A stretch of DNA of 64,000 bases from an uncultured Spirochaetota bacterium. GTDB lineage: Bacteria; Spirochaetota; Spirochaetia; SZUA-6; CAVTHK01. This document shows positions 60,951 through 64,000 of this stretch, piece by piece. A model generated the notes under the pieces. The model was given only the letters and a program-made list of their open reading frames with translations. It was not told the origin of the DNA and ran no database searches. The stretch spans positions 1 through 64,000 of the forward strand of contig CAVTHK010000003.1 in NCBI GenBank assembly GCA_963734495.1. The letters are read 5' to 3'. Within the stretch, counting starts at the first letter, position 1, and every line of letters starts with the position of its first letter. The translations under genes and the position numbers were made by a program.

Positions 60951-62833
60951 GGCTTGAGGAACACGTAGGTGCTGTCGAGCCCGTTGAGTGTGTCGTAGAA
61001 CACGTTGTCCCATTTGTTGCGCACGGCCGCGAACTGCAGCGGGTGCACGATGTAGATCACGGGGAGCTGCTCGAGCAGCAGCCGCTGGTACTCGTCGTAG
61101 ATCTTCTTCTGCCTGTCCCTGTCGAGCGTAAAACGGCCCTCGTTGTACAGGGCGTCGACGCGCGCCTCCCAGTCGGTGGCCGGCTTGTCCTGCAGCGGCC
61201 GCCAGACGTGGAAGTTGCCGCTCGACTGCCAGACGTTGCTCCCGCCGTCCGGCCAGTAGTTGGACCCGAGAGACACGCTCACGCACTGCCAGTCGTAGGT
61301 GCTGATCAGCATCTCGACCAGCTTCTGAAAATCGATCGGCTTCACGTGCGCCGTGATGCCGACCTGGGCGAGCTCGTCGGCGAACACGCTGGCCACGTCG
61401 ATCGAGACGTTGTTCTCGGCCGCGACGTCGATCTCGAACTCGATGGGGTTTCCCTCGGCGTCGGCCATCCTGCCGCGGGCATCGGGCCTGATGCCGATGT
61501 CCGCCAGCAGCCTGCGGGCGCGCGGCGGGTCGTAGGTGTACGGCAGGCGGATGCTCTCGTCGTAAAAGGGATTCGGCCTGGCGAAGAAATGGTGGGCGGG
61601 CACCGCGAGCCCGCGGTAGACCTGCGCGACGATGCGCTCCCGGTCGAGGAGCGAGCTCATGGCCTGGCGGAACTTGGTCTGGCTGAACCACCGGTAGCGC
61701 ACGGGGTCCATGTGGGCGGGGTTCTGGTTGAAGGTGAAGAAGGCGCTCCCCAGGCTCTCGCCCCCGTTGTACACCGTGTAGTCGGGGTTCTTCGCGTCGA
61801 GGAGCTCCCTGAGCTCCTCGGCGCGCACGTCGTAGCTGTCGCGGTTGCCCTGCTTGAACAGCAGGTACTCGGTGTTCTTGTCGGGCACGATCCTCACGAT
61901 CACGGTGTCGACGTAGGGGTAGCCGTTTCCGTTCTCGTCCTTCTTCCAGTAGTTGGGGTTGCGCTTGAGGACCACGCGCTGGCCCGGCGTGTACTCGACG
62001 ACGTGGAACCTCCCGATCGAGGGGATCGTCCCGGGGTCGGTGTCGACGGAAAGCAGGTCGAGCATCCCCTGGACGCCCTTTGCCTTCTTGGCCGGCTCGT
62101 ACAGGTAGCGCGGCCCGAACTCCATGTTTGTCTGCAGCACGGGGTTGCTCACGATCCGCGGGAATCGGAACGCGAACCGCCGCGCGTCCAGCTTCTCGAT
62201 CTCGATCCGCCTGCGGCTGCCGTCCGGCATGTCGACGAACTGGCCGGCGTAGCCCGGCTGCTGCGCGGCCCGGTCGCCTTCGACCTCGTTGTACCAGAAC
62301 ACCACGTCGTCGCTCGTGACCTTGACTCCCTGGCGGCGGCCCTGGCCCGGCGTGGTCCAGTACAGGTCGTCCCTCAAGGTGTAGATCACGGAAAGCCGGC
62401 CGGCGGACTGGTCCGCCGCGACCTCGAACGAAGCGAGGTCAGGCTTGAACGTGCGGGTGTAGGGGTCGTAGTCGGCCAGCGTATCGAACAGGGCGTCGAT
62501 GACGCCGCGGGTCTCGCTGTCGCGGGCGGTGAGCGTGTTGAAAGTCTTGGGGTCGTTCGTGATCGAGGTGAGCCACGTGCCGCCCACCTTCCCGGCCTTG
62601 AACGCCTGTCCGCCGGGCTTCCTGACCGTCTTTGCGAGCACCTCGTCCCGAGCCTTCGAGCGAAGGGCTTCGGCCTCGCCGCGGGAAAGCTCGCGCCTCG
62701 GCGCGCAGCCGGCGAGGACCACCGAAAGACCGACCCCCAGCGCGACGAGAGCGTCTCTCAGCTCGGGAGTCCGGAGGACGATCCTGTCTCTTCCGGTCGT
62801 CTTTCCGGGCTGGATGAGCGCTCTTCCCTGCAT
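60947..62833 (-). CDS. Oligopeptide ABC transporter substrate-binding lipoprotein (family 5)
   Basis: Lipobox LAGC, DPKTFN, VTSDDVVF, LKRNPNYW, KFRQAMS; start uncertain (ATG 62833 or later). Confidence 0.9.
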   Translation of the reverse strand: MQGRALIQPGKTTGRDRIVLRTPELRDALVALGVGLSVVLAGCAPRRELSRGEAEALRSKARDEVLAKTVRKPGGQAFKAGKVGGTWLTSITNDPKTFNTLTARDSETRGVIDALFDTLADYDPYTRTFKPDLASFEVAADQSAGRLSVIYTLRDDLYWTTPGQGRRQGVKVTSDDVVFWYNEVEGDRAAQQPGYAGQFVDMPDGSRRRIEIEKLDARRFAFRFPRIVSNPVLQTNMEFGPRYLYEPAKKAKGVQGMLDLLSVDTDPGTIPSIGRFHVVEYTPGQRVVLKRNPNYWKKDENGNGYPYVDTVIVRIVPDKNTEYLLFKQGNRDSYDVRAEELRELLDAKNPDYTVYNGGESLGSAFFTFNQNPAHMDPVRYRWFSQTKFRQAMSSLLDRERIVAQVYRGLAVPAHHFFARPNPFYDESIRLPYTYDPPRARRLLADIGIRPDARGRMADAEGNPIEFEIDVAAENNVSIDVASVFADELAQVGITAHVKPIDFQKLVEMLISTYDWQCVSVSLGSNYWPDGGSNVWQSSGNFHVWRPLQDKPATDWEARVDALYNEGRFTLDRDRQKKIYDEYQRLLLEQLPVIYIVHPLQFAAVRNKWDNVFYDTLNGLDSTYVFLKP

Positions 62834-62939
62834 GGATCCCGTCCCCGTCCGCCGCTGCTCAATCGCTCGGTCCGTCACCTGGCGAGCGCCTCGTCGGTTT
62901 TGTTGCCAATATAACAAAAAGGTCCTAAAGTGGCGCGGA

Positions 62940-64000
62940 GTGACCCACTTCAAGGAAGGCGGCGGGATCGCGCGGCAGCGCGTGGAGGCCTGGTGGTCGG
63001 GCGAGGTGCTCGACCGGGCGCCGCTGCTCGTCACCGCGCCCCGCGCGGGCGCCCGCGGCTACGAGGGGCCCGACTCCGAAGACCTGCACCGATACTTCAC
63101 GGACCCCGCCCTCGTTCTCGCGCGGCTGCGACACCAGCTCGAGTCCACGTGGTGGGGCGGAGAGGCCTTCCCCGTCGTCTTTCCGGTTTCGGTGGCGCTC
63201 GTCGGCATCCTCAGCAAATTCCTCGGCGCCCCCAACCGCTATCTCACCAGGCACACCGCGTGGTCGAGCCCGATCATCGACGACTGGAAGCATCGGCGGA
63301 GCCTGCGCGTGGACCCCGACAACGAGTGGCTGCGCATCGCGCGGGGGCTGCTCGAAGCCGCCGCGGAATGGGCGCGGGCCGGAGGGCTCGACTGCGCCAT
63401 CGGGCTCCCGGATCTCAACGGCCCGACCGAGATCCTCGCCGAGCTGCGCGGCGCCGAACGGCTCGCGCTCGATTTCTACGACCACCCCGAGGAGATCAGG
63501 CCCGCGCTCGAGGAGATCAATGCCGCGTGGCTCGACTGCTGGCGCAGCCTGAGCGCGATCTGCCACCGCCTGGGGGGCTGGTTCTTCTGGATGCGCATCT
63601 GGTCCGAGCGGCCCGCGATCGACCTGCAGTCCGACGTCTCCTGCCTCCTGTCGCGCGAGCACTTCGACGCGTATTTCCTCCCGTTCATCGAGCAGCAGAC
63701 CCGGTGGGCCGAGCGCACCGTCTATCACCTGGACGGTCCCGGCGCGATCCGCCACCTCGATTCGCTGCTGGCGCTGCCGCGCCTCACGGCGATCCAGTGG
63801 GTCCCGGGCGCGGGCGCCGCGCCGGCCGCGGCCTGGGTCCCCCTGGCGCGGCGGATCCTCGCCGCCGGCAAGCGGCTGACGCTCGCGTGCCGCCCCGGTG
63901 AGGTCGAAGAGCTGCTGAGCGAGCTCGGGCCGGAGGGCCTCCTGCTCTCCACCGAATGCGCGAGCGAGGATGAGGGACGCGCGCTCCTCGCGCGCCTGCG
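62940..64000 (+). CDS. URO-D/CIMS-like (methylcobamide methyltransferase-like) TIM-barrel protein, partial (runs off window end)
   Basis: Absent from the ORF track because it has no stop; manual translation from GTG 62940: ..RVEAWWSGEVLDRAP.., PDLNG..EILAELRG, LQSDVSCLLS..FD.YFLP, YHLDGPGAIRHLD, IQWVPGAG. Confidence 0.75.
   Translation, partial: MTHFKEGGGIARQRVEAWWSGEVLDRAPLLVTAPRAGARGYEGPDSEDLHRYFTDPALVLARLRHQLESTWWGGEAFPVVFPVSVALVGILSKFLGAPNRYLTRHTAWSSPIIDDWKHRRSLRVDPDNEWLRIARGLLEAAAEWARAGGLDCAIGLPDLNGPTEILAELRGAERLALDFYDHPEEIRPALEEINAAWLDCWRSLSAICHRLGGWFFWMRIWSERPAIDLQSDVSCLLSREHFDAYFLPFIEQQTRWAERTVYHLDGPGAIRHLDSLLALPRLTAIQWVPGAGAAPAAAWVPLARRILAAGKRLTLACRPGEVEELLSELGPEGLLLSTECASEDEGRALLARL

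Noticed and set aside
56930-63901. Long Arg/Gly/Pro-rich ORFs (922 aa, 623 aa, 414 aa, 323 aa and others)
   Set aside because: Shadow frames in very GC-rich DNA overlapping recognisable opp and URO-D-like genes; the 922-aa ORF is stitched from parts of oppD/oppF by frameshifts

Overview
The window contains two unrelated DNA segments joined at about 50380. Segment 1 (1 to ~50380, AT-richer) looks like Bacteroidota/Bacteroidales chromosome (PorT, TAnnTTTG promoter boxes, rpsU-xerC-hpf-tRNAs-tuf synteny). It carries sugar-oxidation/catabolism genes (Gfo/Idh/MocA, TIM-barrel isomerases, ThuA, MFS), a GT2 + GT-C/TPR pair, a TolC-MacA-MacB-type exporter, housekeeping genes, five tRNAs and the tuf-secE-nusG-rplKAJL-rpoBC cluster, with rpoC cut off at the junction. 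Segment 2 (~50380-64000, GC-rich, different organism, possibly a spirochaete) has a DUF262/HNH + large SF2 helicase defence-type pair, a GIY-YIG fragment, an Opp/Dpp-type ABC operon and a partial URO-D/CIMS-like gene. Single-base frameshifts occur throughout, even in rpoB/rpoC/nusG/rplJ, so they are most likely sequencing errors. The most striking feature is a nested, four-layer insertion at 34620-36815. An intact DUF559 endonuclease gene is bounded by hairpin inverted repeats. Its left end is split by a 1.5-kb element with its own terminal inverted repeats and a 10-bp direct repeat, and that element carries a second, internally deleted DUF559 cassette. The hairpin of this second cassette is in turn hit by an IS1595 with an 8-bp target duplication. 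Many intergenic spacers in segment 1 also hold gene-less palindromic or short-period inverted repeat modules.
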